64,000 nt of DNA from Streptosporangiaceae bacterium (GTDB lineage Bacteria > Actinomycetota > Actinomycetes > Streptosporangiales > Streptosporangiaceae), in the NCBI GenBank assembly GCA_035518495.1, contig DATIXO010000342.1, forward strand, positions 1,487 through 65,486, in the 5' to 3' direction. The notes under the pieces were generated by a model. It searched no databases. It saw nothing but the letters and a program-made list of their open reading frames with translations, and was not told the DNA's origin. This document shows, one piece after another, positions 63,604-64,000 of this stretch (the first letter of the stretch is position 1; each line of letters begins with the position of its first letter). The translations under genes were made by a program, and so were the position numbers.

Positions 63604-63938
63604 GGTGTGTAACCAGGCGGGTAGACCGATACCCCGGGCGCGCGGGTGGGCTCGCGGTCGATCCGGCCCTTCCGCAGGTCGAGGAAGTACAGCAGCGATG
63701 GCTCCCGCATACCCAGCTGGTGCGCCCGCCCCGCGAGGACCTCTGGTGACTCCTCGTAGGCGATCTGCGCCTGGAGTTCCTGGGTCTGCTGGGCTAGCGT
63801 GGCGTCCTGCTGCTGGAGCTGGGTGATCCGGTAGACCCCGGTGTCCAGGATGGTGTTGATCATCAGCAGGCTGAGCAGGCCCCCGCAGAGCAGCCCGATC
63901 ACGAGGAACACGAAGGGCGTGCGGGAGGGCCGTGTCAC
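63600..63938 (-). CDS. ftsL: FtsL-like septum-formation protein (single TM plus coiled coil)
   Basis: 112 aa: TM segment FVFLVIGLLCGGLLSLLMINTIL, then a leucine-zipper-like segment ITQLQQQDATLAQQTQELQAQIA. It sits in the conserved position between rsmH and ftsI. Confidence 0.8.
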   Translation of the reverse strand: MTRPSRTPFVFLVIGLLCGGLLSLLMINTILDTGVYRITQLQQQDATLAQQTQELQAQIAYEESPEVLAGRAHQLGMREPSLLYFLDLRKGRIDREPTRAPGVSVYPPGYTP

Positions 63939-64000
63939 CCGGGCGGCCGCCGCGTCCTGCCGCCGCTGCGAGGGGCCCGGCCGGGCCTGCGGCGAGCCGG
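63935..64000 (-). CDS. rsmH: Probable 3' end (last 21 codons) of 16S rRNA m4C1402 methyltransferase RsmH/MraW
   Basis: This call rests on position only. An open minus-strand frame (PARRRPGRAPRSGGRTRRPPG*) has a TGA that overlaps the ftsL GTG (GTGA), and rsmH precedes ftsL in dcw clusters. The sequence in the window is too short for homology. Confidence 0.35.
   Translation of the reverse strand, partial: PARRRPGRAPRSGGRTRRPPG

Overview
This is a high-G+C (by eye above 70%) actinobacterial chromosomal core segment. It is almost entirely coding and mostly on the minus strand. Gene order: polA (5' part), secreted aldose-1-epimerase, PaaI thioesterase, pdtaR, a low-GC LAGLIDADG-like gene plus an odd tRNA, gltB-gltD, lgt-trpA-trpB-trpC with two Trp-region membrane proteins and hisI, a DinB/TIGR03085-like protein, a phosphonate (2-AEP)-type ABC importer with a PhnX-like HAD hydrolase and an FAD oxidase, ppgK, hisF-ridA-hisA(priA)-hisH-hisB-hisC-hisD, a membrane protein, an ABC-2 exporter, dnaE, rluD-lspA-traR/dksA-like, T-box-ileS, a 956-aa membrane-anchored disordered protein, then the division/cell-wall cluster divIVA-yggT-sepF-yggS-ftsZ-ftsQ-murC-murG-ftsW-mraY-murF-murE-ftsI-ftsL-(rsmH end). 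I saw no CRISPR array, transposase, integrase, recognisable defence system or biosynthetic gene cluster. I cannot honestly point to a multi-gene novel system. The most unusual items are: (1) a well-formed class-I tRNA whose anticodon reads CAA (a Leu codon reader without the Leu long arm), next to a free-standing double-motif LAGLIDADG/HTH gene of lower G+C; (2) canonical genes missing from conserved operon slots (murD, pgeF/yfiH, trpE); (3) an Lgt homologue with substitutions at catalytic-motif positions; (4) a giant Pro/Ala/Gly-rich membrane-tethered protein with a C-terminal Cys4 domain in the divIVA-ileS slot; (5) in-frame short tandem repeats inside essential genes. All calls come from manual reading of the ORF track and sequence. 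No HMM, BLAST or covariance-model search and no numerical GC calculation were possible. Many ORF-track starts were trimmed to internal starts using homolog N-termini, Shine-Dalgarno sequences and stop/start overlaps.
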